From the NCBI GenBank assembly GCA_039621445.1, contig CP154954.1:35139703-35203702 (forward strand): DNA of 64,000 nt. The letters are read 5' to 3'. The notes under the pieces were generated by a model, which was given only the letters and a program-made list of their open reading frames with translations, searched no databases and was not told the DNA's origin. Source of the stretch: Euglena gracilis (Eukaryota). Below are positions 12,701 through 27,300 of the stretch, piece by piece. Numbering within the stretch: position 1 is the stretch's first letter; each line of letters opens with the position of its first letter. Both the position numbers and the translations under genes were made by a program.

Positions 12701-15700
12701 CCACGGCCACTTTGACCAAACTGTCCCTTTCCAAGGCCACTTTGACCAAAGTGTCCCTGGCAATGGCCAATTTGACCAAAGTGTCCCTGTCCAAGGCCGC
12801 TTTCACCAAAGTGTCCCTGGCCAAGGCCACTTTGACCAAAGTGCCCCGGCCAAGGCCACTTTGGCCAAAGTGTCCCTAGCCAAGGCCACTTTGACCAAAG
12901 TGTCCCTGGCCAAGGCCACATTGACCAAAGTGTCCCTGGCCAAGGCCACCTTGACCAAAGTGTCCCTAGCCAAGGCCACTTTGACCAAAGTGTCCCGGGC
13001 CAAGGCCACTTTGACCAAAGTGTCCCGGGCCAAGGCAACCTTGACCAAAGTGTCCCTGGTCAAGGCCACCTTGACCAAAGTGTCCCTGGCCAAGGCCACT
13101 TTGACCAAAGTGTGACCTGGCCAAGGCCACTTTGACCAAAGTGTCCCTGGCCAAGGGCACTTTGACCAAAGTGTGACCTGGCCAAGGCCACTTTGACCAA
13201 AGTGTCCCTAGCCAAGGCCACTTTGACAAAAGTGTCCCTGGCCAAGGCCACTTTGACCAAAGTGTCCCTGGCCAAGGCCACTTTGACCAAAGTGTTCCTG
13301 GCCAAGGCCACTTTGACCAAAGTGTCCCTGGCCAAGGCCACTTTGACCGAAGTGTCCCTGGCCAAGGCCACTTTGACCAAAGTGTCCCTGGCCAAGGCCA
13401 CTTTGACCAAAGTGTCCCTGGCCAAGGCCACTTTGACCAAAGTGTCCCTGGCCAAGGCCACTTTGACCAAAGTGTCCCTGGCCAAGGCCACTTTGACCAA
13501 AGTGTCCCTGGCCAAGGCCACTTTGACCAAAGTGTCCCTGGCCAAGGCCACTTTGACCAAAGTGTCCCGGGCCAAGGCCACTTTGACCAAAGTGTCCCTA
13601 GCCAAGGCCACTTTGACCAAAGTGTCCCGGGCCAAGGCCACCTTGACCAAAGTGTCCCGGGCCAAGGCCACTTTGGCCAAAGTGTCCCTAGCCAAGGCCA
13701 CTTTGACCAAAGTGTCCCTGGCCAAGGCCACTTTGACCGAAGTGTCCCGGGCCAAGGCCACTTTGACCAAAGTGTCCCTGGCCAAGGCCACTTTGACCAA
13801 AGTGTCCCTGGCCAACTCCACTTTGACCAAAGTGTCCCTGGCCAAGGCCACTTTGACCAAAGTGTGACCTGGCCAAGGCCACTTTGACCAAAGTGTCCCG
13901 GGCCAAGGCCACTTTTACCAAAGTGTGACCTGGCCACGGCCACTTTGACCAAACTGTCCCTTTCCAAGGCCACTTTGACCAAAGTGTCCCTGGCAATGGC
14001 CAATTTGACCAAAGTGTCCCTGGCCAAGGCCACTTTCACCAAAGTGTCCCTGGCCAAGGCCACTTTGACCAAAGTGCCCCAACCAAGGCCACTTTGGCCA
14101 AAGTGTCCCTAGCCAAGGCCACTTTGACCAAAGTGTCCCTGGCCAAGGCCACTTGGACCAAAGTGTCCCTGGCCAAGGCCACCTTGACCAAAGTGTCCCT
14201 AGCCAAGGCCACTTTGACCAAAGTGTCCCGGGCCAAGGCCACCTTGACCAAAGTGTCCCTGGTCAAGGCCACCTTGACCAAAGTGTCCCTGGCCAAGGCC
14301 ACTTTGACCAAAGTGTGACCTGGCCAAGGCCACTTTGACCAAAGTGTCCCTGGCCAAGGGCACTTTGACCAAAGTGTGACCTGGCCAAGGCCACTTTGAC
14401 CAAAGTGTCCCTAGCCAAGGCCACTTTGACCAAAGTGTCCCTGGCCAAGGCCACTTTGACCAAAGTGTCCCTGGCCAAGGCCACTTTGACCAAAGTGTTC
14501 CTGGCCAAGGCCACTTTGACCAAAGTGTCCCTGGCCAAGGCCACTTTGACCGAAGTGTCCCTGGCCAAGGCCACTTTGACCAAAGTGTCCCTGGCCAAGG
14601 CCACTTTGACCAAAGTGTCCCTGGCCAAGGCCACTTTGACCAAAGTGTCCCTGGCCAAGGCCACTTTGACCAAAGTGTCCCTGGCCAAGGCCACTTTGAC
14701 CAAAGTGTCCCTGGCCAAGGCCACTTTGACCAAAGTGTCCCTGGCCAAGGCCACTTTGCCCAAAGTGTCCCTGGCCAAGGCCACTTTGACCAAAGTGTCC
14801 CTGGCCAAGGCCACTTTGACCAAAGTGTCCCTGGCCAAGGCCACTTTGACCAAAGTGTCCCTAGCCAAGGCCACTTTGACCAAAGTGTCCCGGGCCAAGG
14901 CCACTTTGACCAAAGTGTCCGGGGCCAAGGCCACTTTGGCCAAAGTGTCCCTAGCCAAGGCCACTTTGACCAAAGTATCCCTGGCCAAGGCCACTTTGAC
15001 CAAAGTGTCCCGGGCCAAGGCCACTTTGACCAAAGTGTCCCTGGCCAAGGCCACTTTGACCAAAGTGTCCCTGGCCAAGGCCACTTTGACCAAAGTGTCC
15101 CTGGCCAAGGCCACTTTGACCAAAGTGTCCCTGGCCAAGGCCACTTTGACCAAAGTGTCGCTGGCCAAGGCCACTTTGACCAAAGTGTCCCTGGGGAAAG
15201 CCACTTTGACCAAAGTGTCCCTGGCAAAGGCCACTTTGACCAAGGTGTCCCTGGCCAAGGCCAGTTTGACCAAAGTGTCCCTGGCGAAGGCCACTTTGAC
15301 CAAAGTGTCCCTGGCCAAGGCCACTTTGAACAAAGTGTTCCTGGCCAAGGCCACTTTGACCAAAGTGTCCCTGGGCAAGGCCACTTTGACCAAAGTGTCC
15401 CTGGCCAAGGCCACTTTGACCAAAGGATCCCTGGTCAAGGCCACTTTGACCAAAGTGTCCCTGGCCAAGTCCACCTTGACCAAAGTGTCCCTAGCCAAGG
15501 CCACTTTGACCAAAGTGTCCCTGGCAAAGGCCAGTTTGACCAAAGTGTCCCTGGCCAAGGCCACCTTGACCAAAGTGTCCCTGGCCAAGGCCACTTTGAC
15601 CAAACTGTCCCTTTCCAAGGCCACTTTGACCAACGTGTCCCTGGCCAAGGCCACTTTGACCAAAGTGTCCCTGGCTAAGGCCACTTTGACCAAAGTGTCC

Positions 15701-18340
15701 CTGGCCAAGGCCACTTCGACCAAAGTGTCCCTGGCCAAGGCCACTTTTACGAAATTGTGACCTGGCCACGGCCACTTTGACCAAACTGTCCCTTTCCAAG
15801 GCCACTTTGACCAAAGTGTCCCTGGCAATGGCCAATTTGACCAAAGTGTCCCTGGCCAAGGCCACTTTGACCAAAGTGTCCCTGGCCAAGGCCACTTTGA
15901 CCAAAGTGCCCCGGCCAAAGCTACTTTGACCAAAGTGTCCCTGGCAATGGCCAATTTGACCAAAGTGTCCCTGGCCCAGGCCACATTGACCAAAGTGTCC
16001 CTGGCCAAGGCCACCTTGACCAAAGTGTCCCTAGCCAAGGCCACTTTGACCAAAGTGTCCCGGGCCAAGGCCACCTTGACAAAAGTGTGACCTGGCCAAG
16101 GCCACTTTGACCAAAGTGTCCCTGGCCAAGGCCACTTTGACCAAAGTGTGACCTGGCCAAGGCCACTTTGACCAAAGTGTCCCTAGCCAAGGCCACTTTG
16201 ACAAAAGTGTCCCTGGCCAAGGCCACTTTGACCAAAGTGTCCCTTGCCAAAGCCACTTTGACCAAAGTGTTCCTGGCCAAGGCCACTTTGACCAAAGTGT
16301 CCCTGGCCAAGGCCACTTTGACCGAAGTGTCCCTGGCCAAGGCCACTTTGACCAAAGTGTCCCTGGCCAAGGCCACTTTGACCAAAGTGTCCCTGGCCAA
16401 GGCCACTTTGACCAAAGTGTCCCTGGCCAAGGCCACTTTGACCAAAGTGTCCCTGGCCAAGGCCACTTTGACCAAAGTGTCCCTGGCCAAGGCCACTTTG
16501 ACCAAAGTGTCCCTGGCCAAGGCCACTTTGACCAAAGTGTCCCTGGCCAAGGCCACTTTGACCAAAGTGTCCCTAGCCAAGGCCACTTTGACCAAAGTGT
16601 CCCTGGCCAAGGCCACTTTGACCAACGTGTCCTTGGCCAACTCCACTTTGACCAAAGTGTCCCTGGCCAAGGCCACTTTGACCAAAGTGTGACCTGGCCA
16701 AGGCCACGTTGACCAAAGTGTCCCTGGCCAAGGCCACTTTGACCAAACTGTCCCTTTCCAAGGCCACTTTGACCAACGTGTCCCTGGCCAAGGCCACTTT
16801 GACCAAAGTGTCCCTGGCCAAAGCTACTTTGACCAAAGTGTCCCTGGCAATGGCCAATTTGACCAAAGTGTCACTGGCCCAGGCCACATTGACCAAAGTG
16901 TCCCTGGCCAAGGCCACCTTGACCAAAGTGTCCCTAGCCAAGGCCACTTTGACCAAAGTGTCCCGGGCCAAGGCCACCTTGACAAAAGTGTGACCTGGCC
17001 AAGGCCACTTTGACCAAAGTGTCCCTGGCCAAGGCCACTTTGACCAAAGTGTGACCTGGCCAAGGCCACTTTGACCAAAGTGTCCCTGGCCAAGGCCACT
17101 TTGACAAAAGTGTCCCTGGCCAAGGCCACTTTGACCAAAGTGTCCCTTGCCAAAGCCACTTTGACCAAAGTGTTCCTGGCCAAGGCCACTTTGACCAAAG
17201 TGTCCCTGGCCAAGGCCACTTTGACCGAAGTGTCCCTGGCCAAGGCCACTTTGACCAAAGTGTCCCTGGCCAAGGCCACTTTGACCAAAGTGTCCCTGGC
17301 CAAGGCCACTTTGACCAAAGTGTCCCTGGCCAAGGCCACTTTGACCAAAGTGTCCCTGGCCAAGGCCACTTTGACCAAAGTGTCCCGGCCAAGGCCACTT
17401 TGACCAAAGTGTCCCTGGCCAAGGCCACTTTGACCAAAGTGTCCCTGGCCAAGGCCACTTTGACCAAAGTGTCCCTGGCCAAGGCCACTTTGACCAAAGT
17501 GTGGCCTGGCCAAGGCCACTTTGACCAAAGTGTCCCTGGCCAAGGCCACTTTGACCAAAGTGTCCCTGGCCAAGGCCACTTTGACCAAAGTGTCCCTGGC
17601 CAAGGCCACTTTGACCAAAGTGTCCCTGGCCAAGGCCACTTTGACCAAAGTGTCCCTGGCCAAGGCCACTTTGACCAAAGTGTGACCTGGCCAAGGCGAC
17701 GTTGACCAAAGTGTCCCTGGCCAAGGCCACTTTGACCAAAGTGTCCCTGGCCAAGGCCACTTTGACCAAAGTGTCCCTGGCCAAGGCCACTTTGACCAAA
17801 GTGTCCCTGGGGAAAGCCACTTTGAACAAAGTGTCCCTGGCAAAGGCCACTTTGACCAAGGTGTCCCTGGCCAAGGCCAGTTTGACCAAAGTGTCCCTGG
17901 CGAAGGCCACTTTGACCAAAGTGTCCCTGGCCAAGGCCACTTTGAACAAAGTGTTCCTGGCCAAGGCCACTTTGACCAAAGTGTCCCTGGGCAAGGCCAC
18001 TTTGACCAAAGTGTCCCTGGCCAAGGCCACTTAGACCAAAGTGTCCGTGGCCAAGGCCACTTTGACCAAAGTGTCCCTGGCCAAGGCCACCTTGACCAAA
18101 GTGTCCCTGGCCAAGGCCACCTTGACCAAAGTGTCCCTGGCCAAGGCCACTTTGACCAAGTTGTCCCTGGCAAAGGCCACTTTGACCAAAGTGTCCCTGG
18201 CCAAGGCCACCTTGACCAAAGTGTCCCTGGCCAAGGCCACTTTGACCAAAGTGTCCCTGGCCAAGGCCACTTTGACCAAAGTGTCCCTGGCCAAGGCCAC
18301 TTTGACCAAAGTGTCCCTGGCCAAGGCCACTTTGACCAAA
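780..18340. repeat. 30-bp array domain A: variant-rich, irregular higher-order repeat
   Basis: The landmark cassette TTTACCAAAGTGTGACCTGGCCACGG...AAACTGTCCCTTTCC...GGCAATGGCCAATTTG recurs with CACGG at 1681, 3903, 5196, 7058, 8260, 10662, 12702, 13935 and 15767. Other frequent variants are CTGGGGAAAG, CCCGGG, CCTAGCC and CAACTCC. Boundaries are approximate. Confidence 0.9.
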
Positions 18341-21300
18341 CTGTGAGCTGGCCACGGCCACTTTGACCAAACTGCCCCTTTCCAAGGCCACTTTGACCGA
18401 AGTGTCCCTAGCCAAGGCGATTTTGACCAAAGTGTCCCTGGCCAAGGCCACTTTGACCAAAGTGTCCCTGGCCAAGGCCACCTTGACCAAAGTGTCCCTA
18501 GCCAAGGCCACTTTGACCAAAGTGTCCCTGGCCAAGGCCACTTTGACCAAAGTGTCCCTGGCCAAGGCCACCTTGACCAAAGTGTCCCTGGCCAAGGCCA
18601 CCTTGACCAAAGTGTCCCTGGCCAAGGCCACTTTGACCAAAGTGTCCCTGGCCAAGGCCACTTTGACCAAAGTGTCCCTGGCCAAGGCCACTTTGACCAA
18701 AGTGTCCCTGGCCAAGGCCACCTTGACCAAAGTGTCCCTAGCCAAGGCCACTTTGACCAAAGTGTCCCTGGCCAAGGCCACTTTGACCAAAGTGTCCCTG
18801 GCCAAGGCCACTTTGACCAAACTGTCCCTGGCCAAGGCCACCTTGACCAAAGTGTCCCTGGCCAAGGCCACTTTGACCAAACTGTCCCTTTCCAAGGCCA
18901 CTTTGACCAAAGTGTCCCTAGCCAAGGCCACTTTGACCAAAGTGTGACCTGGCCAAGGCCACTTTGACAAAAGTGTCCCTGGCCACGGCCACTTTGACCA
19001 AACTGTCCCTTTCCAAGGCCACTTTGACCAAAGTCTCCCTGGCCAAGGCCATTTTGACCAAAGTGTCCCTGGCCAAGGCCACTTTGACCAAAGTGTCCCT
19101 GGCCAAGGCCACCTTGACCAAAGTGTCCCTAGCCAAGGCCACTTTGACAAAAGTGTCCCTGGCCACGGCCACTTTGACCAAAGTGTCCCTGGCCAAGGCC
19201 ACTTTGACCAAAATGTCCCTGGCCAAGGCCACTTTGACCAAAGTGTCCCTGGCCAAGGCCACTTTGATCAAAGTGTCCCTGGCCACGGCCACTTTGACCA
19301 AACTGTCCCTTTTCAAGGCCACTTTGACCAAACTGTCCCTTTGCAAGGCCACTTTGACCAAAGTGTCCCTGGCCAAGGCCACTTTGACCAAAGTGTCCCT
19401 GGCGAAGGCCACTTTGACCAAAGTGTCCCTGGCCAAGGCCACTTTGACCAAAGTGTCCCTGGCCAAGGCCACTTTGACCAAAGTGTCCCTGGCGAAGGCC
19501 ACTTTGACCAAAGTGTTCCTGGCCAAGGCCACTTTGACCAAAATGTCCCTGGCCAAGGCCACTTTGACCAAAATGTCCCTGGCCAAGGCCACTTTGACCA
19601 AAGTGTCCCTGGCCAAGGCCGCTTTGACCAAACTGTACCTGGCGAAGGCCACTTTGACCAAAGTGTCCCTGGCGAAGGCCACTTTGACCAAAGTGTCCCT
19701 GGCCAGGGCTACTTTGACCAAAGTGTTCCTGGCCAAGGCCACTTTGACCAAAGTGTCCCTGGCCAAGGCCACTTTGACCGAAGTGTTCCTGGCCAAGGCC
19801 ACTTTGGCCAAAGTGTCCCTGGCCAAGGCCATTTTGACCAAAGTGTCCCTGGCCAAGGCCACTTTGACCAAAGTGTCCCTAGCCAAGGCCACTTTGACCA
19901 AAGTGTCCCTGGCCAAGGCCACTTTGACAAAAGTGTCCCTGGCCAAGGCCACCTTGACCAAAGTGTCCCTGGCCAAGGCCACTTTGACAAACTGTCCCTT
20001 TCCAAGGCCATGTTGACCAAAGTGTCCCTGGCCAAGGCCACTTTGACCAAAGTGTCCCTGGCCAAGGCCACTTTGACCAAAGTGTCCCTGGCCAAGGCCA
20101 CTTTGACCAAAGTGTCCCAGGGCAAGGCCACTTTGACAAAGGTGTCCCTGGCCACGGCCACCTTGACCAAACTGTCCCTTTGCAAGGCCACTTTGACCAA
20201 AGTGTCCCTGGCCAAGGCCACTTTGACCAAAGTGTCCCTGGCCAAGGCCACTTTGACCAAAGTGTCCCTGGCCAAGGCCACTTTGACAAACTGTCCCTTT
20301 CCAAGGCCATGTTGACCAAAGTGTCCCTGGCCAAGGCCACTTTGACCAAAGCGTCCCTGGCCAAGGCCACTTTGACCAAAGTGTCCCTGGCCAAGGCCAC
20401 TTTGACCAAAGTGTCCCTGGCCAAGGCCACTTTGACCAAAGTGTCCCTGGCCACGGCCACTTTGACCAAACTGTCCCTTTGCAAGGCCACTTTGACCAAA
20501 GTAACCCTGGCAAAGGCCATTTTGACCAAAGTGTCCCTGGCCAAGGCCACTTTGACCAAAGTGTCCCTGGCCAAGGCCACTTTGACCAAAGTGTCCCTGG
20601 CCAAGGCCACTTTGACCAAAGTGTCCCTGGCCAAGGCCACTTTGACCAAAATGTCCCTGGCCAAGGCCACTTTGACCAAAGTGTCACTGGCCAAGGCCAC
20701 TTTGACCAAAGTGTCCCTGGCCACGGCCACTTTGACCAAACTGTCCCTTTGCAAGGCCACTTTGACCAAACTGTCCCTTTGCAAGGCCACTTTGACCAAA
20801 GTATCCCTGGCAAAGGCCATTTTGACCAAAGTGTCCCTGGCCAAGGCCACTTTGACCAAAATGTCCCTGGCCAAGGCCACTTTGACCAAAGTGTCCCTGG
20901 CCAAGGCCACTTTGACCAAAGTGTCCCTGGCCAAGGCCACTTTGACCAAAGTGTCCCCGGCCAAGGCCACTTTGACCAAAATGTCCCTGGCCAAGGCCAC
21001 TTTGACCAAAGTGTCCCTGGCCAAGGCCAATTTGAACAAACTGTCCCTGGCGAAGGCCACTTTGACCAAAGTGTCCCTGGCGAAGGCCACTTTGACCAAA
21101 GTGTCCCTGGCCAAGGCCACTTTGACCAAAGTGTCCCTGGCCAAGGCCACTTTGACCAAAGTGTCCCTGGCCAAGGCCACTTTGACCAAAGTGTCCCTGG
21201 CCAAGGCCACTTTGACCAAACTGTCCCTGGCGAAGGCCAGTTTGACCAAAGTGTCCCTCGCGAAGGCCACTTTGACCAAAGTGTCCCTGGCCAAGGCTAC

Positions 21301-24300
21301 TTTGACCAAAGTGTCCCTGGCCAAGGCCACTTTGACCAAAGTGTCCCTGGCCAAGGCCACTTTGACCGAAGTGTTCCTGGCCAAGGCCACTTTGACCAAA
21401 GTGTCCCTGGCCAAGGCCACTTTGACCAAAGTGTCCCTGGCCAAGGCCACCTTGACCAAAGTGTCCCTGGCCAAGGCCACTTTGACCAAAGTGTCCCTTT
21501 CCAAGGCCACTTTGACCAAAGTGTCCCTGGCCAAGGCCACTTTGACCAAAGTGTCCCTGGCCAAGGCCACTTTGACCAAAGTGTCCCAGGGCAAGGCCAC
21601 TTTGACAAAAGTGTCCCTGGCCACGGCCACTTTGACCAAACTGTCCCTTTGCAAGGCCACTTTGACCAAAGTGTCCCTGGCCAAGGCCACTTTGACCAAA
21701 GTGTCCCTGGCCAAGGCCACTTTGACCAAAGTGTCCCTGGCCAAGGCCACTTTGACCAAAGTGTCCCTGGCCAAGGCCACTTTGACCAAAGTGTCCCTGG
21801 CCAAGGCCACTTTGGCCAAAGTGTCCCTGGCCAAGGCCACTTTGACCAAAGTGTCCCTGGCCAAGGCCACTTTGACCAAAGTGTCCCTGGCCAAGGCCAC
21901 TTTGACCAAAGTCCCCATGGACAAGGCCACTTTGACCAAAGTGTCCCTGGCCAAGGCCACTTTGACCAAAGTGTCCCTGGCCAAGGCCACTTTGACCAAA
22001 GTGTCCCTGGCCAAGGCCACTTTGACCAAAGTGTCCCTGGCCAAGGCCACTTTGACCAAAGTGTCCCTGGCCAAGGCCACTTTGACCAAAGTGTCCCTGG
22101 CCAAGGCCACTTTGACCAAAGTGTCCCTGGCCAAGGCCACTTTGACCAAAGTGTCCCTATCCAAGGCCACTTTGACCAAAGTGTCCCTGGCCAAGGCCAC
22201 TTTGATCAAAAGTGTCCCTGGCCAAGGCCACCTTGACCAAAGTGTCCCTGGCCAAGGCCACTTTGACCAAAGTGTCCCTGGCCAAGGCCACTTTGACCAA
22301 AGTGTCCCTGGCCAAGGCCACTTTGACCAAAGTGTCCCTGGCCAAGGCCACTTTGACCAAAGTGTCCCTGGCCAAGGCCACTTTGACCAAAGTGTCCCTG
22401 GCCAAGGCCACTTTGACCAAAGTGTCCCTGGCGAAGGCCACTTTGACCAAAGTGTTCATGGCCAAGGCCACTTTGACCAAAATGTCCCTGGCCAATGGCC
22501 ACTTTGACCAAAATGTCCCTGGCCAAGGCCACTTTGACCAAAGTGTCCCTGGCCAAGGCCGCTTTGACCAAACTGTCCCTGGCGAAGGCCACTTTGACCA
22601 AAGTGACCCTGGCCAAGGCCACTTTGACCAAAGTGTCCCTGGCCAAGGCCACTTTGACCGAAGTGTCCCTGGCTGAGGCCACTTTGACCAAAGTGTCCCT
22701 GGCCAAGGCCACTTTGACCAAAGTGTCCCTGGCCAAGGCCACTTTGACCAAAGTGTCCCTGGCCAAGGCCAGTTTGACCAAAGTGTCCCTGGCCAAGGCC
22801 ACTTTGACCAAAGTGTCCCTGGCCAAGGCCACTTTGACCAAAGTGTCCCTGGCCAAGGCCACTTTGACCAAAGTGTCCCTGGCCAAGGCCACTTTGACCA
22901 AAGTGTCCCTGGCCAAGGCCACTTTGACCAAAGAGTGACCTGGCCGAGGCCACTTTGACCAAAGTGTCCCTGGGCAAGGCCACTTTGACCAAAGTGTCCC
23001 TGGCCACGGCCACTTTGACCAAACTGTCCCTTTGCAAGGCCACTTTGACCAAAGTGTCCCTGGCCAAGGCCACTTTGACCAAAGTGTCCCTGGCCAAGGC
23101 CACTTTGACCAAAGTGTCCCTGGCCAAGGCCACTTTGACCAAAGTGTCCCTGGCCAAGGCCACTTTGACCAAAGTGTCCCTGGCCAAGGCCACTTTGACC
23201 AAAGTGTCCCTGGCCAAGGCCACTTTGACCAAAGTGTCCCTGGCCAAGGCCACTTTGACCAAAGTTTCCCTGGACAAGGCCACTTTGACCAAAGTGTCCC
23301 TGGCCAAGGCCACTTTGACCAAAGTGTCCCTGGCCAAGGCCACTTTGACCAAAGTGTGACCTGGCCGAGGCCACTTTGACCAAAGTGTCCCTGGGCAAGG
23401 CCACTTTGACAAATGTGTCCCTGGCCACGTCCACTTTGACCAAACTGTCCCTTTGCAAGGCCACTTTGACCAAAGTGTCCCTGGCCAAGGCCACTTTGAC
23501 CAAAGTGTCCCTGGCCAAGGCCACTTTGACCAAAGTGTCCCTGTCCAAGGCCACTTTGACCAAAGTGTCCCTGGCCAAGGCCACTTTGACCAAAGTGTCC
23601 CTGGCCAAGGCCACTTTGACCAAACTGTCCCTGGCCAAGGCCACTTTGACCAAAGTGTCCCTGGCGAAGGCCACTTTGACCAAAGTGTCCCTGGCGAAGG
23701 CCACTTTGACCAAAGTGTCCCTGGCCAAGGACACTTTGACCAAACTGTCCCTTTCCAAGTCCACATTGACCAAAGTGTCCCTGGCCAAGGCCACTTTGAC
23801 CAAAGTGTCCCTGGCCAAGGCCACTTTGACCAAAGTGTCCCTGGCCAAGGCCACTTTGACCAAAGTGTCCCTGGCGAAGGCCACCTTGACCAAAGTGTCC
23901 GTGGCCAAGGCCACTTTGACCAAAGTGTCCCTGGCCAAGGCCACTTTGACCAAAGTGTCCCTGGCCAAGGCCACCTTGAGAAAATTACCCTGGCCAAGGC
24001 CACTTGACCAAACTGTCCCTTTCCAAGGCCACTTTGACCAAAGTGTCCCTTGCCAAGGCCACTTTGACCAAAGTGTCCCTGGCCAAGGCCACTTTGACCA
24101 AAGTGTCCCTAGCCAAGGCCATTTTGACCAAAGTTTCCCTTGGCAAGGCCACTTTAACCAAAGTATCCCTGGCCAAGGCCACTTTGACCAAAGTGTCCCT
24201 GGCCAAGGCCACTTTGACCAAAGTGTCCCTGGCCAAGGCCACTTTGACCAAAGTGTCCCTGGCCAAGGCCACTTTGACAGAAGTGTCCCTGGCCAAGGCC

Positions 24301-27300
24301 ACTTTGACCAAAGTGTCCCTGGCCAAGGCCACTTTGACCAAAGTGTCCCTGGCCAAGGCCACTTTGACCAAAGTGTCCCTGGCCAAGGCCACTTTGACCA
24401 AAGTGTCCCTGGCCAAGGCCACTTTGACAAAAGTGTCCCTGGCCAAGGCCACTTTGACCAAAGTGTCCCTGGCCAAGGCCACTTTGACCAAAGTGTCCCT
24501 GGCCAAGGCCACTTTGGCCAAAGTGTCCCTGGCCAAGGCCACTTTGACCAAAGTGTCCCTGGCCAAGGCCACGTTGACCAAAGTGTCCCTGGCCAAGGCC
24601 ACTTTGACCAAAGTGTCCCTGGCCAAGGCCACTTTGACCAAAGTGTCCCTGGCCACGGCCACTTTGACCAAACTGTCCCTGGCCAAGGCCACTTTGACCA
24701 AAGTGTCCCGGCCAAGGCCACTTTGACCAAAGTGTCCCTGGCCAAGGCCACTTGGACCAAAGTGTCCCTGGCGAAGGCCACTTTGACCAAAGTGTCCGTG
24801 GCCAAGGCCACTTTGACCAAAGTGTCCCTGGCCAAGGCCACTTTGACCAAACTGTCCCTGGCCAAGGCCACTTTGACCAAAGTGTCCCTGGCGAAGGCCA
24901 CTTTGACCAAAGTGTCCCTGGCGAAGGCCACTTTGACCAAAGTGTCCCTGGCCAAGGCCACTTTGACCAAACTGTCCCTTTCCAAGGCCACTTTGACCAA
25001 AGTGTCCCTGGCCAAGGCCACTTTGACCAAAGTGTCCCGGCCAAGGCCACTTTGACCAAAATGTCCCTGGCCAATGGCGACTTTGACCAAAGTGTCCCTG
25101 GCCAAGGCCCCTTTGACCAAAGTGTCCCTGGCCAAGGCCGCTTTGACCAAACTGTCCCTGGCGAAGGCCACTTTGACCAAAGTGACCCTGGCGAAGGCCA
25201 CTTTGACCAAAGTGTCCCTGGCCAAGGCCACTTTGACCAAAGTGTCCCTGGCCAAGGCCACTTTGACCAAAGTGTCCCTGGCGAAGGCCACTTTGACCAA
25301 AGTGTCCGTGGCCAAGGCCACTCTGACCAAAGTGTCCCTGGCGAAGGCCACTTTGACCAAAGTGTCCCTGGCCAAGGCCACTTTGACCAAAATGTCCCTG
25401 GCCAATGGCGACTTTGACCAAAGTGTCCCTGGCCAAGGCCCCTTTGACCAAAGTGTCCCTGGCCAAGGCCGCTTTGACCAAACTGTCCCTGGCGAAGGCC
25501 ACTTTGACCAAAGTGACCCTGGCGAAGGCCACTTTGACCGAAGTGTCCCTGGCCAAGGCCACTTTGACCGAAGTGTCCCTGGCTGAGGCCACTTTGACCA
25601 AAGTGTCCCTGGCCAAGGCCACTTTGACCAAAGTGTCCCTGGCCAAGGCCAGTTTGACCAAAGTGTCCCTGGCCAAGGCCACTTTGACCAAAGTGTCCCT
25701 GGCCAAGGCCACCTTGAACAAAGTGTCCCTGGCCGAGGCCACTTTGACCAAAGTGTCCCTGGCCGAGGCCACTTTGACCAAAGTGTCCCTGGCCAAGGCC
25801 ACTTTGACCAAAATGTCCCTGGCCAATGGCGACTTTGACCAAAGTGTCCCTGGCCAAGGCCACTTTGACCAAAGTGTCCCTGGCCAAGGCCGCTTTGACC
25901 AAACTGTCCCTGGCGAAGGCCACTTTGACCAAAGTGACCCTGGCCAAGGCCACTTTGACCAAAGTGTCCCTGGCCAAGGCCACTTTGACCGAAGTGTCCC
26001 TGGCTGAGGCCACTTTGACCAAAGTGTCCCTGGCCAAGGCCACTTTGACCAAAGTGTCCCTGGCCAAGGCCACTTTGACCAAAGTGTCCCTGGCCAAGGC
26101 CAGTTTGACCAAAGTGTCCCTGGCCAAGGCCACTTTGACCAAAGTGTCCCTGGCCAAGGCCACCTTGAACAAAGTGTCCCTGGCCGAGGCCACTTTGACC
26201 AAAGTGTCCCTGGCCGAGGCCACTTTGACCAAAGTGTCCCTGGCCAAGGCCACTTTGACCAAAGTGTGACCTGGCCGAGGCCACTTTGACCAAAGTGTCC
26301 CTGGCCAAGGCCACTTTGACAAATGTGTCCCTGGCCACGTCCACTTTGACCAAACTGTCCCTTTGCAAGGCCACTTTGACCAAAGTGTCCCTGGCCAAGG
26401 CCACTTTGACCAAAGTGTCCCTGGCTGAGGCCACTTTGACCAAAGTGTCCCTGGCCAAGGCCACTTTGACCAAAGTGTCCCTGGCCAAGGCCACTTTGAC
26501 CAAAGTGTCCCTGGCCAAGGCCAGTTTGACCAAAGTGTCCCTGGCCAAGACCACTTTGACCAAAGTGTCCCTGGCCAAGGCCACTTCGACCAAAGTTTCC
26601 CTGGACAAGGCCACTTTGACCAAAGTGTCCCTGGCCGAGGCCACTTTGACCAAAGTGTCCCTGGCCAAGGCCACTTTGACCAAAGTGTGACCTGGCCGAG
26701 GCCACTTTGACCAAAGTGTCCCTGGGCAAGGCCACTTTGACAAATGTGTCCCTGGCCACGTCCACTTTGACCAAACTGTCCCTTTGCAAGGCCACTTTGA
26801 CCAAAGTGTCCCTGGCCAAGGCCACTTTGACCAAAGTGTCCCTGGCCAAGGCCACTTTGACCAAAGTGTCCCTGTCCAAGGCCACTTTGACCAAAGTGTC
26901 CCTGGCGAAGGCCACTTTGACCAAAGTGTCCCTGGCCAAGGCCACTTTGACCAATCTGTCCCTGGCCAAGGCCACTTTGACCAAAGTGTCCCTGGCGAAG
27001 GCCACTTTGACCAAAGTGTCCCTGGCGAAGGCCACTTTGACCAAAGTGTCCCTGGCCAAGGACACTTTGACCAAACTGTCCCTTTCCAAGTCCACTTTGA
27101 CCAAAGTGTCCCTGGCCAAGGCCACTTTGACCAAAGTGTCCCTGGCCAAGGTCACTTTGACCAAAGTGTCCCTGGCCAAGGCCACTTTGACCAAAGTGTC
27201 CCTGGCGAAGGCCACCTTGACCAGAGTGTCCGTGGCCAAGGCCACTTTGACCAAAGTGTCCCTGGCCAAGGCCACTTTGACCAAAGTGTCCCTGGCCAAG

